From a virus (Duplodnaviria > Caudoviricetes), in IMG/VR virus record IMGVR_UViG_2710264778_000001, positions 96,001-160,000 of that record: a stretch of 64,000 bases of DNA; one strand, written 5' to 3'. Shown in pieces: positions 21,329 through 31,696 of this stretch. The stretch's first letter is position 1. Every line of letters begins with the position of its first letter. Both the position numbers and the translations under genes were made by a program. A model generated the notes under the pieces. It did not search any database. It was not told the origin of the DNA and saw only the letters and a list, made by a program, of their open reading frames with translations.

Positions 21329-21871
21329 ATGAGTAAAAATACAGTAACATTAATAAGGAAACAAGCTGATCCATTTGAGGTAAATTATCCATTTGCATTA
21401 CCTGATGGGAAATTAACACATTTTGATTGGACAGGAACAAAAAATGGAATTATGAGCAAAAGAGATGTACCAGTTGAAGTATTTCAATGGTTAAAAGATT
21501 TTACAACAACATTCACAAATGGTCACTTAATAGTAGAAGAAAAAGATAATGAAGAATTAGAAGAAGATGTAAAATATTTAGTTGAAGATGTTGAAGAAAA
21601 ACAATCTGAAATTAAAGGTGCAATAAAAACAAGAGAAGAAATTGAGAAAATGTTAACTACAGGAAATCAATTAGTATTAAAAAAAGAATTAGATAATTTA
21701 ATAAAAGATATAACTGATGAAGACCAAGTTAAAGAAGTTAAAAGTTATATATATAGAACTGCAATAGATATTGGGGTTGATTCTAATGCTAAAAGAAAGG
21801 TAATCTGTGAATGGTATGGATTATCTAATGTAGAAAATTGTGGTTGGATATTTGATGAAGAAACAAAATAA
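21329..21871 (+). CDS. Head or neck-associated protein
   Basis: Position after the capsid gene; AAGGAG RBS. Confidence 0.5.
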   Translation: MSKNTVTLIRKQADPFEVNYPFALPDGKLTHFDWTGTKNGIMSKRDVPVEVFQWLKDFTTTFTNGHLIVEEKDNEELEEDVKYLVEDVEEKQSEIKGAIKTREEIEKMLTTGNQLVLKKELDNLIKDITDEDQVKEVKSYIYRTAIDIGVDSNAKRKVICEWYGLSNVENCGWIFDEETK

Positions 21872-21892
21872 TAAATAGGAAGGTGAGATATT

Positions 21893-22306
21893 ATGACTGT
21901 AACAGATTATGATACTATATGGGAAACCTTTCGAGATATCTCAGGATTAGATGATGAATTATTACCTTCTGATGAACAAGGAATATATTTAGAAATTCAT
22001 AATGCAGTAAGAAAGTATAATATCAAAACCGATGATAGTGAAGAAAAATTAACTTATTCAGATGAAACTGAAACATTGAATAAGTTTTTAGATGATAATA
22101 GATTACAATTACTCGCATTATTTATTAAACAAAATATATTACAAAGTAAATTAGAATATTTTGAACAATTACATCAATATGATTTAAAAGAAGTAAAAAG
22201 TAAATTTTACAGAGAACAAGTTTCTGCCAGACAATCCACTATAGAAAAGGTAGATAAAGAAATTAAAGAATTATTAAGTTATATGGATGATCATGATTTA
22301 AATTAA
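21893..22306 (+). CDS. Putative head-tail adaptor
   Basis: Helical, 137 aa; call is by position. Confidence 0.5.
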   Translation: MTVTDYDTIWETFRDISGLDDELLPSDEQGIYLEIHNAVRKYNIKTDDSEEKLTYSDETETLNKFLDDNRLQLLALFIKQNILQSKLEYFEQLHQYDLKEVKSKFYREQVSARQSTIEKVDKEIKELLSYMDDHDLN

Positions 22307-22307
22307 T

Positions 22308-23546
22308 ATGAAAAATTATCAAAATTATAAAAAACATGTTCAAGTTGATATGGTAAAGTATAGTGGAACTTTCCATTTCAACGAACAACTTAAACAAGAG
22401 GGAACTGATATAAAAATTAATGGAAAATCATCACAGGTTTTAGATGATATTGAAACTACTATAAGAGCTATAGTTAGAAATCATGGAAATGAATTTAATG
22501 AGTCAAAAGAAGAACGTTCAATAATGATTGATAAAAAATATGAATTTAAAGCAGGAGATTACGTAGAATATTTAGGAGATATTTATTTAACTAATAACTC
22601 TATTGATAAAGATAATCCATTTTTCAATACTGCTAAAATGACAAGATGTAACTATGTTTTAAAATGGATGGACGAGGGAGTTCTTAAAGAACAATCATGT
22701 ATCGTTTATAATAATACTAAAAATACTGGAGGTACAAAAACTTTAACTAGCGGTTTAACTGAAATTGACGCAATGGTAAATATAAATATACAAAATAATG
22801 AAGATACAAGAAAAATTAATTATGGTAAAAGATTATATACTATGAAAAATGCTTGGCAAGTTACATTAATTGATAATATAACTACTGAAAATACTTTTTC
22901 ATGGACACTTGGAAAAGATAGTTTGAATAGTGAGATAGATGATATAGTCAATGGTATATGTGATGCATTCGAACATTCATATGCAATATCGCTCAACTCT
23001 AACAATCAAACATTAGTTGAAACAGAAACATATAAAATAGTTCCTAATGTAACTGATAAGGGTGTAACAGTAACAAATCCAAAAGTAAATTATACTTCAT
23101 CTGATGAAAATATAGCAAAAGTTGATAGCACAGGATTAGTAACAGCTTTATCAGTAGGTAGTTGTATAATTACTTGTAGTATTGGAACTGTAAATTCTGT
23201 ATTAAATTTAAATGTCAATGAAAAACCTATATCGCCAGTAGTTAGTTATAGTACAAATTGGAGTCAAGGAACAAATATTAAACAATTTGTTACATCTACA
23301 TTAAGTTGTATCAAAACAATTAGTGGAGTAGCAGATTCAACATTACATATAGATTATAGCTTTGATACAAATGCTCAAACACTTATTAATGCTGGCAAAA
23401 TAGTTGTTACTAGAAAATCTGATAGTTCTATATCTATAAAGAATGTATCTGTGACTACATCTACTAATATTTATTTAACTGTTACAGATTCAGTTAATAA
23501 TACTAAAATATTAGATAATCAGCAAATAACTTTAACAGGAATGTAA
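22308..23546 (+). CDS. Neck or head-closure protein with Ig-like (Big_2) domain
   Basis: YTSSDENIAKVDSTGLVTALSVGSCIIT is a Big_2 signature; the N-terminus has GDYV and CNYVLKW. Confidence 0.65.
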   Translation: MKNYQNYKKHVQVDMVKYSGTFHFNEQLKQEGTDIKINGKSSQVLDDIETTIRAIVRNHGNEFNESKEERSIMIDKKYEFKAGDYVEYLGDIYLTNNSIDKDNPFFNTAKMTRCNYVLKWMDEGVLKEQSCIVYNNTKNTGGTKTLTSGLTEIDAMVNINIQNNEDTRKINYGKRLYTMKNAWQVTLIDNITTENTFSWTLGKDSLNSEIDDIVNGICDAFEHSYAISLNSNNQTLVETETYKIVPNVTDKGVTVTNPKVNYTSSDENIAKVDSTGLVTALSVGSCIITCSIGTVNSVLNLNVNEKPISPVVSYSTNWSQGTNIKQFVTSTLSCIKTISGVADSTLHIDYSFDTNAQTLINAGKIVVTRKSDSSISIKNVSVTTSTNIYLTVTDSVNNTKILDNQQITLTGM

Positions 23547-23623
23547 ATAAAATATAACTAAGTTATAAGTTAATAAAACGGATGTTTTATATGGAAAATA
23601 AATAAAAAGGAGGATAGTAATAC

Positions 23624-24208
23624 ATGGGAAACGAATTAGATAATTATCAAGATTTTAAAAAATTCATTAAGACATTTTTTTTGACAGATATGGATTTATG
23701 GAAGATAGTTTACTATCCTCAAATATCACCCTTGGATGGAGAAGATCCAGAAAATCCATATGATATCTTTGACAGCTCTACAGCAACTAATGAAAATGAC
23801 AAAGAAATACATGGAGTTGTTATTTTTAGGCAAAAAAATGATGAAATTTTAAATGCAAGCATTCCAATTATACTTATAGATTTCAAAAGTTTACCTAAAG
23901 GAAGTTATAAAGAATATAACAATATATATATAAATTTTAGAATAATATGCAAAGGAAGTTATATTCAAGATATACAATATAAAGACGATATTAATAATCG
24001 AATTTCAGTCATTGCAGAATTAATTGATAATAATTTTAACAAATCAATGATTAATGGACTCGGTGAGGTTAAGAGAATTAGTTATGATTCTATACCTATC
24101 AACGAAGAAAACGAAGGTTTTTCATTAACTTATAAAGCAAGTTCTTTTTCTTATAATTTTATAAATAATAAAAATATACAAAAAAGAATTAGAGGTGAAT
24201 ATTTTTGA
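23624..24208 (+). CDS. Putative tail terminator or neck protein
   Basis: Position before the tail tube gene. Confidence 0.45.
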   Translation: MGNELDNYQDFKKFIKTFFLTDMDLWKIVYYPQISPLDGEDPENPYDIFDSSTATNENDKEIHGVVIFRQKNDEILNASIPIILIDFKSLPKGSYKEYNNIYINFRIICKGSYIQDIQYKDDINNRISVIAELIDNNFNKSMINGLGEVKRISYDSIPINEENEGFSLTYKASSFSYNFINNKNIQKRIRGEYF

Positions 24209-25068
24209 TTAATGAAGAAACTCTTAAATATAATTTGATTAGAGGATTAGATATTCAATATATTGATAAAGATAATCAAATTATAAATATAAAACAGCCT
24301 AAAATAGCCGATATAGATGAAAGTTTATTATCATATCTTACTTATACATATATTTTTAGATTACAAAAAGAGCATTTGGAATTTTATGATGAGATATCAG
24401 AAAAATTGAATGGAAAATCTTTGTTTGAGTCTATATTAATTCATGAAGAATATTGCAAACAAAAGAATGATTTTAATCCAATGAATTCATATATTATAAA
24501 ACTAATTTGTTCAATATCTTTCTTTTTAGGTATAAAAGATTTCAAAAAAATTGGATTTTCAAAAGATAGACAAAGTATCGAAGTTTATGATTTTAAAGAA
24601 AACAATGGAGAATTATATAAAGTCATTATCTTTAAATTAGATAATAATAATTTTGATGAGTTTGCTGAATTAATTAGAACTATTACTTGTAGTGATATTC
24701 TTGAGGTTGAAAAGAAAATGAAAAAAGTACTTTACTCTGATCCAAGTGTTCAGAAGATGTATGAAGATTTATTAGAGCAATATAAAAATAATGAAGAAAA
24801 AACAAAAGAAGAAAATAATATTACAATTTCAGATGTTATAGGAGCTATATGTATAAATGAGAATTCAAAATATAAATATAGTGATATAAAAGATTTAACT
24901 ATATGGCAGGTATTTTATCAATTTAATTCTATGTTTACAAAAGAAAATATAGAAATTATAAAATCACAATTTACTTCAGGTAATTTTAGTTTTGATAAAA
25001 CACCAGATTTAAATTGGCTAAATAAAATAAAAATTAAGATACCAGAAGATGCTAGAATAACAAAATAA
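24205..25068 (+). CDS. Tail-region protein
   Basis: Coupled ORF with a DLTIWQ motif. Confidence 0.5.
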   Translation: MINEETLKYNLIRGLDIQYIDKDNQIINIKQPKIADIDESLLSYLTYTYIFRLQKEHLEFYDEISEKLNGKSLFESILIHEEYCKQKNDFNPMNSYIIKLICSISFFLGIKDFKKIGFSKDRQSIEVYDFKENNGELYKVIIFKLDNNNFDEFAELIRTITCSDILEVEKKMKKVLYSDPSVQKMYEDLLEQYKNNEEKTKEENNITISDVIGAICINENSKYKYSDIKDLTIWQVFYQFNSMFTKENIEIIKSQFTSGNFSFDKTPDLNWLNKIKIKIPEDARITK

Positions 25069-25150
25069 AAATGAATGATTAAACTTTTATAAATATAAGA
25101 GTTTTTTTATTATATAAAAATTGAAAACAAATTAAAGGAGGAATTTATAT

Positions 25151-26224
25151 ATGTCAAATATCTTTGAAAGATTCGGGATTTTGAATGCTTCAGAAATTAA
25201 ATTATTTAGCAAAAGTACCGATAAACTAATATTAAAAATATTACAAGGAAATTCATTATCATTAGAGGTGAAATCTGATTCTAAAAGTGCTAAAGAGCAG
25301 GGTGTTGAAGCAATTACTTGGAATTTAGCTAAAACTGGAAGTATGAAACTATCTACTGAAACAACTTCTTTTGCACAACTAGCAGAAGCATTAGGTAGTA
25401 ATGGATTGAAGCTAAATACAGATTCAGAGACTTATGATAGAAGTGAAACTTTTACTGTAACAAGCAATGGTTCAATTACTATTAATTTAGCAAATGAGCC
25501 TATGGTAAGTTCTGTAGTTAGTTTTCATAAACTTACATTAGATGGGGAACTTGGTGATGAACTTACGGCTGTAGTAGATGTTACAGATAAAAAGAAATTC
25601 ACTATTACAGATTCTAAGTTAAAAATTAATGATATTATTGAAGTAAATTATATTGAATCTTTAACTGCTGGAAAGGTGTATACATTTAAAGTAAGTGGGA
25701 AAGGTGGAAATACAGAAGCTAGAAGACTTGTTGCAAATGTATTATGTAAGAATAGAGTTGATGGCTCAATGAGAGTAATGCAATTAGTTGTGCCTAATGT
25801 TGTTCTTGAAAATTCAATGACTTTAACTTTTGATGCTGATACTCCTAGTAAGTTCGAGTTGACATTAAAAGTTATGGCTGATGCGATTTTAAAAGACGAA
25901 AATGGAGACCCATTATTTTTCGAATTAAAATCTTTATCTGATATAGTTGGAACTATAACTCCAATTACTGATTTAATAGCTACACCAGCAGATGATTCAG
26001 CGACATTTACATTTACAGCTCCAACTGGTGCTTCAAGTGTTAAACTTATGATTAAAAAGTCATCAGATAGCACATATGTTGATTCAGGAATTTCTCTAAC
26101 AAACGTTTCTACAACCGTAACTGTTTCTGGTTTAGTGGATGCAACATCATACAATGCTAAATTAATAGTAGTAGGTGGAGAACATGAAGGAGAATCCAAT
26201 GTTGTAACATTCACAACTTTATAG
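25151..26224 (+). CDS. Major tail tube protein with C-terminal FN3-like domain
   Basis: Beta-rich; C-terminal TVTVSGLVDATSY...GESN; strong RBS and terminator. Confidence 0.7.
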   Translation: MSNIFERFGILNASEIKLFSKSTDKLILKILQGNSLSLEVKSDSKSAKEQGVEAITWNLAKTGSMKLSTETTSFAQLAEALGSNGLKLNTDSETYDRSETFTVTSNGSITINLANEPMVSSVVSFHKLTLDGELGDELTAVVDVTDKKKFTITDSKLKINDIIEVNYIESLTAGKVYTFKVSGKGGNTEARRLVANVLCKNRVDGSMRVMQLVVPNVVLENSMTLTFDADTPSKFELTLKVMADAILKDENGDPLFFELKSLSDIVGTITPITDLIATPADDSATFTFTAPTGASSVKLMIKKSSDSTYVDSGISLTNVSTTVTVSGLVDATSYNAKLIVVGGEHEGESNVVTFTTL

Positions 26225-26310
26225 TGTTAATATTAAGGACATGCTTAGGCGTGTCTTTACATTAGTTTTATAAAAACAAAATATAAGTAATTAAGAGGAA
26301 GTGAAATAGC

Positions 26311-26757
26311 ATGAGTGAATTTAATTCGGTTGAAGATTTTTATACTCAATTACAAACTAACATTGGTGAAACATTAAGAGACGAAGCAGAAAAAATAAAA
26401 GAAATTATTCAAGACTATATGGTTACCGTTATTTATACTTCTTATGCTCCAGAAATATATGAAAGAACCTACGAACTACTTAATTCAATAATTATAGATT
26501 ATAGAATAAGTGGAAGTGAGTATATTGCTGAAATTAAAATTGATCCACAAATGTTGCAATCTCCATCAAATTCATATAATGAAAATCCTTTGCCAATTAC
26601 CGAAATAGCCGAATTATTTGCAGAAGGTAGAGGTTATAAAAGAAACGGAAGAAAGATGGATGTGATTGGAGATACATATGAAAATTATGTGGAAGTTGGG
26701 AATGCACTAAAAGACATCATAGGCATGTTAAAATCAAAAGGATACGATTTTGAATAA
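26311..26757 (+). CDS. Tail completion or neck protein
   Basis: Y.P..YERT..L..S motif common in phage neck proteins. Confidence 0.5.
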   Translation: MSEFNSVEDFYTQLQTNIGETLRDEAEKIKEIIQDYMVTVIYTSYAPEIYERTYELLNSIIIDYRISGSEYIAEIKIDPQMLQSPSNSYNENPLPITEIAELFAEGRGYKRNGRKMDVIGDTYENYVEVGNALKDIIGMLKSKGYDFE

Positions 26758-26835
26758 GAAATAATATTAATAATGGATATCTTATATGGTATCCATAAAT
26801 AAATATTATTAATACAAATAAAATATAAATAAGTA

Positions 26836-26864
26836 TTGACTTTAATTTGAGTTGAGTGTATAGT
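26836..26864 (+). promoter_or_regulatory. SigA-type promoter
   Basis: TTGACT-N17-TATAGT upstream of 26939. Confidence 0.6.
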
Positions 26865-26938
26865 AAACATTGTAAAGGAAATATAAACCTTTATAAATAA
26901 AATATATATAATAAATTTAAATTAAAGGAGAGAAAGAA

Positions 26939-27874
26939 ATGGAACAAAACAAAGTTGTAAGAAACAATATTAATAAGAATGAAAGAATGACTAAAGGAAA
27001 TGTTTATATTATGGTTAATACAGATACTAGAAATATAAAAATAGGTAAAAGTGCAAATGTAGATGAAAGACTAAAGTCATTAAATGGAGCATATAAAATG
27101 CTTGGAGAAAAACCTAGAATTGAATTATTATATTCAGTAAGATGTGAGGATGATTTAAAACTAGAACGTCATTTACATAGACATTTCAAAGATTTTAATG
27201 TACAGAATGAATGGTTTAGCATAAATCCTAAAAATGTAATAGATTATATAGAAACATTAGATATGAATGATTTTTGCAAAAAAGAAGAGAAAAATTTTGA
27301 TTTTAGCAATGGAATAAAATATATTATAGAAGATATAAAATATGAAATATCTATTTTGGAATTCAAATCATATAAACAACAATTATATGTTACGCCTTAT
27401 TACATTATTGCTTTTTATGAAAAATATTTTAGAAAAAGCAATTTGCTATCAAATATATTAAGTTTAAAAAAATGTTTAGACAATATGAATTATTATAATA
27501 GAGATATTTTTTATATTATAAGAAATAATGAGTTTTATATATCTTGCTATTTTTGCGTTTTATATATGAAAATATTTATCAATAAAGAAATGGTTAAAGA
27601 ATCTTTTATAGAAAAAATATGTAGTGAAATTATTGAAGATTTCAAAGAAGAGATAATAAAAGTAAACTATTATAATGAAATAGATACTCTTATAGAAGTC
27701 AATCTAGATGGATATCCAATTGAAGAGTATAAAAGAGCAGAAACCATATTATTACAGTTATTAGGAGACTATTATACATTTCAAGAAGTCCCTATTGATA
27801 AATTTAAGAGTGCTGATCTAGAGAGTTTAGTATGTAACATTTGTGAAAATATAAAACTTTCATGCAAATTATAA
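26939..27874 (+). CDS. T5orf172/MUG113-like GIY-YIG domain protein
   Basis: GNVYIM..IKIGKS...ERL...ERHLHRHF...NEWF. Confidence 0.8.
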   Translation: MEQNKVVRNNINKNERMTKGNVYIMVNTDTRNIKIGKSANVDERLKSLNGAYKMLGEKPRIELLYSVRCEDDLKLERHLHRHFKDFNVQNEWFSINPKNVIDYIETLDMNDFCKKEEKNFDFSNGIKYIIEDIKYEISILEFKSYKQQLYVTPYYIIAFYEKYFRKSNLLSNILSLKKCLDNMNYYNRDIFYIIRNNEFYISCYFCVLYMKIFINKEMVKESFIEKICSEIIEDFKEEIIKVNYYNEIDTLIEVNLDGYPIEEYKRAETILLQLLGDYYTFQEVPIDKFKSADLESLVCNICENIKLSCKL

Positions 27875-28261
27875 ACAAAATATAAAATAATAACCATAGA
27901 ACGGATTGAATTTAATGACTAAAATATTTGAGACTAGAATTTTTCAATAAGGTTCTAGTCTTTAAAATTATAATCACCTTTTGTAAAAATTTAACTAACG
28001 ATTTAAATACATAATATTGTAAATAAGTGGTAACATATTTATAAGATAATACGATTAAAAAGTATTAACTGAATATTATATCCATTATGAATTGTATTTA
28101 TACATAATGAGATAAAAAATCGTTCGACAAAACTATTGCATATTATGGTAAAAGGTGGTATATTCATGAATATAAAGAGGTATAAAAAAAATATTATTAC
28201 AAGAAATATCAGAAAAGAAAAAACCATTACAGAACAAATCAATCAAGTTGGAGGTGTTAAT

Positions 28262-28417
28262 ATGAATGCTAGAATACAAGAATTACAAAAAAAGTTATCA
28301 TTAAATATGAATAAAGCAGTATTGTTAGCAGAAAAAAACACTATCAGAAATGAACAAGGATATGTAGTATTACGTAAAGATGATGAGTGGAGAGATGAGG
28401 ATGAGTGGGAAGAGTAA
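28262..28417 (+). CDS. Putative type II antitoxin (51 aa)
   Basis: GGAGG RBS; acidic Trp-containing tail; overlaps the toxin start. Confidence 0.6.
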   Translation: MNARIQELQKKLSLNMNKAVLLAEKNTIRNEQGYVVLRKDDEWRDEDEWEE

Positions 28418-28796
28418 AAAGAAAGATATACAACCGCAAGAAGTGTGGTATGTTAATTTTCCTTTTGAGGAGAATCCCAACATAAAGAAAAGAAGACCAG
28501 TTGTGGTTTTAGGAAAAACAGAAGACAAAGTAACTGTAGCAGGATTAGAAGTAGATGCTTATTTAAGTGTTAAGATTACAAGTCATACTGAACGAAAAGA
28601 AGATGAATATGATACAATAATAGTCAAATGGAAAGAAGCTAATTTAAAAAAGGAATCGGTGGCAAGAGTTTCAAAAACGATAATTTTACCTAAAAGTCAA
28701 TTTATTGATAAAGTTGGAATTGCAGATGATGAAGATTTTGAAAATATACTAACTAAATACATAGAATTAACTGAATCATTCGATGATAGAACTTAG
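28401..28796 (+). CDS. PemK/MazF-like toxin
   Basis: EVWYVNFPFEE...K.RPVVV...ITS...W..ANL...S. Confidence 0.8.
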   Translation: MSGKSKKKDIQPQEVWYVNFPFEENPNIKKRRPVVVLGKTEDKVTVAGLEVDAYLSVKITSHTERKEDEYDTIIVKWKEANLKKESVARVSKTIILPKSQFIDKVGIADDEDFENILTKYIELTESFDDRT

Positions 28797-28899
28797 TAAA
28801 AGTAATACAATCTTTGCTGAGTTCTTTTTATTATAAAAATATCTTGACCTTATCCGATTTTCGTATAATAATGTTATTATAGAGTTAATTTACTAGTTG

Positions 28900-28908
28900 T
28901 GGTATAAT
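28900..28908 (+). promoter_or_regulatory. Extended -10 promoter of the wall-binding moron
   Basis: TGGTATAAT. Confidence 0.5.
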
Positions 28909-28945
28909 ATTCTATAATTAGACATTGTTTAAAGGGGATGAGTTA

Positions 28946-29788
28946 ATGAAGAATATTTTTATAAGAAAATTAATGGCTTTGACTATTGCAACTACAACAG
29001 TTTTAGGATTTGGTTCTGTAACTGCACATGCTGAATGGAGACAAGATAATAATGGATGGTGGAATACTGAAGGAAATTCATATTCTACTGGTTGGAAAGA
29101 TATAAATTCAAAATGGTATTACTTTAATCCAAATGGATATATGAAAACAGGTTGGTTAAGTGATAATGGCAAATGGTATTATTTAAAAGATGATGGTTCA
29201 ATGGCGGTTAATGAGACTGTAAATGGTCAATATAAAGTAGATAATAATGGAGTATGGATACAAAATACCACTGTGAATTCTAACAATACAAGTACTGTAA
29301 ATAATTCAGTTTCAAGCACAAGTAATAGTAATAATATGACTAATTTGACTAATAATATTGATAATAGTACAAATACAAATAGTTCGACAAGTTTAAATAA
29401 CACAGGAAACATAACAAATAATGGAGCTATAAACAATGGACAAATAAATACAACAAACAATGTTGATATTAATGTTGATAACACAAGTAAGGCTAAAGAA
29501 GATTATTATAAAGAATTAAAAAAACAACAAAAGAAAAGTAATGAAACATTAAAATTATATTATGAAAATCAATTAGATAGTGCTAAAAGTGATTTAAAAC
29601 AAGCTCAAACAGATCTAGAAAGAATAAAGACTCAAAAAACTGTTCAGACACTTAAACAACAAGATGATGGTTCTTGGCAATATGTTTATGAAGTAGATCA
29701 AGAGAAAGTTAGATATCATGAAAAACAAGTAGATAGTTATCAAAAACTTGTTGATTATTATGAGAAATTAGTAAAACAATATTCTTAA
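28946..29788 (+). CDS. Secreted cell-wall-binding protein with C-terminal tape-measure-like segment (candidate superinfection exclusion protein)
   Basis: Signal peptide ending AHA; CW_binding_1-type repeats (GW..I..KWYYF..NGYM.TGW); Asn/Thr linker; 48-aa TMP-like tail. Confidence 0.75.
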   Translation: MKNIFIRKLMALTIATTTVLGFGSVTAHAEWRQDNNGWWNTEGNSYSTGWKDINSKWYYFNPNGYMKTGWLSDNGKWYYLKDDGSMAVNETVNGQYKVDNNGVWIQNTTVNSNNTSTVNNSVSSTSNSNNMTNLTNNIDNSTNTNSSTSLNNTGNITNNGAINNGQINTTNNVDINVDNTSKAKEDYYKELKKQQKKSNETLKLYYENQLDSAKSDLKQAQTDLERIKTQKTVQTLKQQDDGSWQYVYEVDQEKVRYHEKQVDSYQKLVDYYEKLVKQYS

Positions 29789-29796
29789 AATAAATA

Positions 29797-29840
29797 TATA
29801 AGAAAAAAACGAGTATAATTAACTACTCGTTTTTCTTATA
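29797..29840. terminator. Bidirectional intrinsic terminator
   Basis: AGAAAAAAACGAGTA...TACTCGTTTTTCT between convergent genes. Confidence 0.75.
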
Positions 29841-30635
29841 TTAGGGATTACATTTCATATTTATAATTTGATATTTATAAGGAGAATTTGTATCAACGAT
29901 TACAGGAATTTTAAAAGACCAGATTTCGCCACTTTTTAAACTTGTAATATTAGCAATAGGAGTATCTAAAATATCTCCATTATTATTGGTAATTTTAGCT
30001 TGTACTTCAACATAAGAACAATTATAACTATTATTATTTTTAATTTTCCCTGTGATATAATAACCATCATTACTTACATTGTGGTTCAATAACTCTAAGC
30101 CATTCATAGTAAAACTTTGTGAGTTAGATTTTGGTTGAGTATTAGTTGTAGTTTTGGTATTTGAAGTCTTTGCCCCAATAAAATTTAATAAATATATTTG
30201 GTTATAGTTAAGATTTTCAGTATCAAATTTTATTAAACTCTTATTAATAGTTGGTTTCATTCCATTAAATAGTTCAAAATATTTAGCAGGGGAATTCTTT
30301 GTGTCAGATGTTTTTTCTAAAACTATATTTAAAACTTTATTATAAAGTAATTGATTGTCATCTAATTTATAATTAGCATCTATATCATTATTACGTAGTA
30401 ATGTATTACATTCTTTAATGTTGTCATGGTTTAAATTATCAATAAATTCATCTACAATTTTTTTGTCTTTAGTCTTTTTTAATAATTCATCATTTTCAAC
30501 TTTTTGAAGTTGCTCTTTTTGAATATAATTTAAATTAGATTTAATGCCTAGTACAATTATTATTATAAATATTAAAGATAATATTAAAACTATAATTTTT
30601 TGTTTTGAAAGTAAATTTATTTTGAATTTTCTCAT
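29841..30635 (-). CDS. Membrane-anchored FxLYD-like domain protein
   Basis: N-terminal TM helix; C-terminal ITGKIKNN...YVEV...NGDILDT...L..GE.WSF; TGTTATAAT on the minus strand at 30674-30682. Confidence 0.7.
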   Translation of the reverse strand: MRKFKINLLSKQKIIVLILSLIFIIIIVLGIKSNLNYIQKEQLQKVENDELLKKTKDKKIVDEFIDNLNHDNIKECNTLLRNNDIDANYKLDDNQLLYNKVLNIVLEKTSDTKNSPAKYFELFNGMKPTINKSLIKFDTENLNYNQIYLLNFIGAKTSNTKTTTNTQPKSNSQSFTMNGLELLNHNVSNDGYYITGKIKNNNSYNCSYVEVQAKITNNNGDILDTPIANITSLKSGEIWSFKIPVIVDTNSPYKYQIINMKCNP

Positions 30636-30747
30636 ATTATTCCTCTCTTTATAAAAATATGTTTGATATCAATATTATAACATATTTTTAGCAGTTTTAG
30701 GAAAAATAAAAATTTTATTTTGAAATATGTAAAACTAGCTAATTTTG

Positions 30748-31464
30748 CTAGTTTTTTCTCAATTCATATAATTTTAATAATTCATTTGATTCATTTAATA
30801 AATCATTTAAATCATCATTATTTATAATTAATGATCCAGAATTATCTATATATATTCTTTTCATATGTTGTAAGAAATCTACCAATTGTTTATTATACAT
30901 TTGTTTCATAACTATATAATATAAAGAATGAAATGCTAAAAGAAATCTAAATGTAAATGGTATATCATCATTTACAGCTTGTAGAGCATTAAGCTCCGAT
31001 TGTATTTTACTTTTTAAACTATTTAAATTAGCCTTTTTTAAAATATAGTTAACTATTACTTTTAAATTTTCGTTAAGATCATATTCTTTATCTATACGTT
31101 TCTGTATTTGATCTAATTCTACATCTAATTCTTTATTTTTAAGGTTTTTTTCGTTGTTTATAATGGTATAATTTCGATCTATACTTATATTCTTTATAGA
31201 TTCTAAAGTATCTTGGCTTAATAAAGTTTGTTTTATGTTAAAGTTATTATAATTAAAAAGAGTTAATTGTGGTTCAACTTCAAAAATGTCATTTGGAGTT
31301 ATATCTAATATATTGCATAATTTTTCAAGTATATCGTATTTAATAGATGTAGTCTCGCCTTTAACTAATTTACTTAGATTATTTTGAGCTACACCTATTT
31401 CTTTAGATAATGAATAAATTGATATGTTTCTATTATCTAATATTTCTTGTAACTTTACTTTCAT
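30748..31464 (-). CDS. Cro/CI-type (HTH_26-like) repressor
   Basis: KLQEILDNRNISIYSLSKEIGV....LSKL...T.SIK..ILEKLC..L..TP.D. Confidence 0.85.
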   Translation of the reverse strand: MKVKLQEILDNRNISIYSLSKEIGVAQNNLSKLVKGETTSIKYDILEKLCNILDITPNDIFEVEPQLTLFNYNNFNIKQTLLSQDTLESIKNISIDRNYTIINNEKNLKNKELDVELDQIQKRIDKEYDLNENLKVIVNYILKKANLNSLKSKIQSELNALQAVNDDIPFTFRFLLAFHSLYYIVMKQMYNKQLVDFLQHMKRIYIDNSGSLIINNDDLNDLLNESNELLKLYELRKN

Positions 31465-31489
31465 TTAAACTACCTCCTTATTTAATTAT

Positions 31490-31570
31490 ATTATACTTCA
31501 ACATACTGTATGTAGCAATAAAAAATATTCAAAATATATGTTGACATACTGTATTTAATGGTATTATAAT
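31490..31570. promoter_or_regulatory. Divergent promoters with ACATACTGTAT operator pair
   Basis: Left promoter TTGCTA-N17-TATAAT on the minus strand; right promoter TTGACA-N18-TATAAT. Operators at 31501-31513 and 31544-31556. Confidence 0.65.
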
Positions 31571-31696
31571 GTTCACATAAGGTAAGTTAATCCAACTTAT
31601 CCAAATAAAAATAAGGCAGTAACATGAATGCTACCACCAACTCTCGCAAAGTTAGTATAGCACATTGTTCAGCCTAAATCAAGGGAGATGTGTTAA

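Noticed and set aside
29260-29490. Asn/Thr-rich tract as a tandem repeat or CRISPR array
   Set aside because: It is a low-complexity coding linker with no repeat-spacer periodicity. No CRISPR array was seen anywhere in the window.
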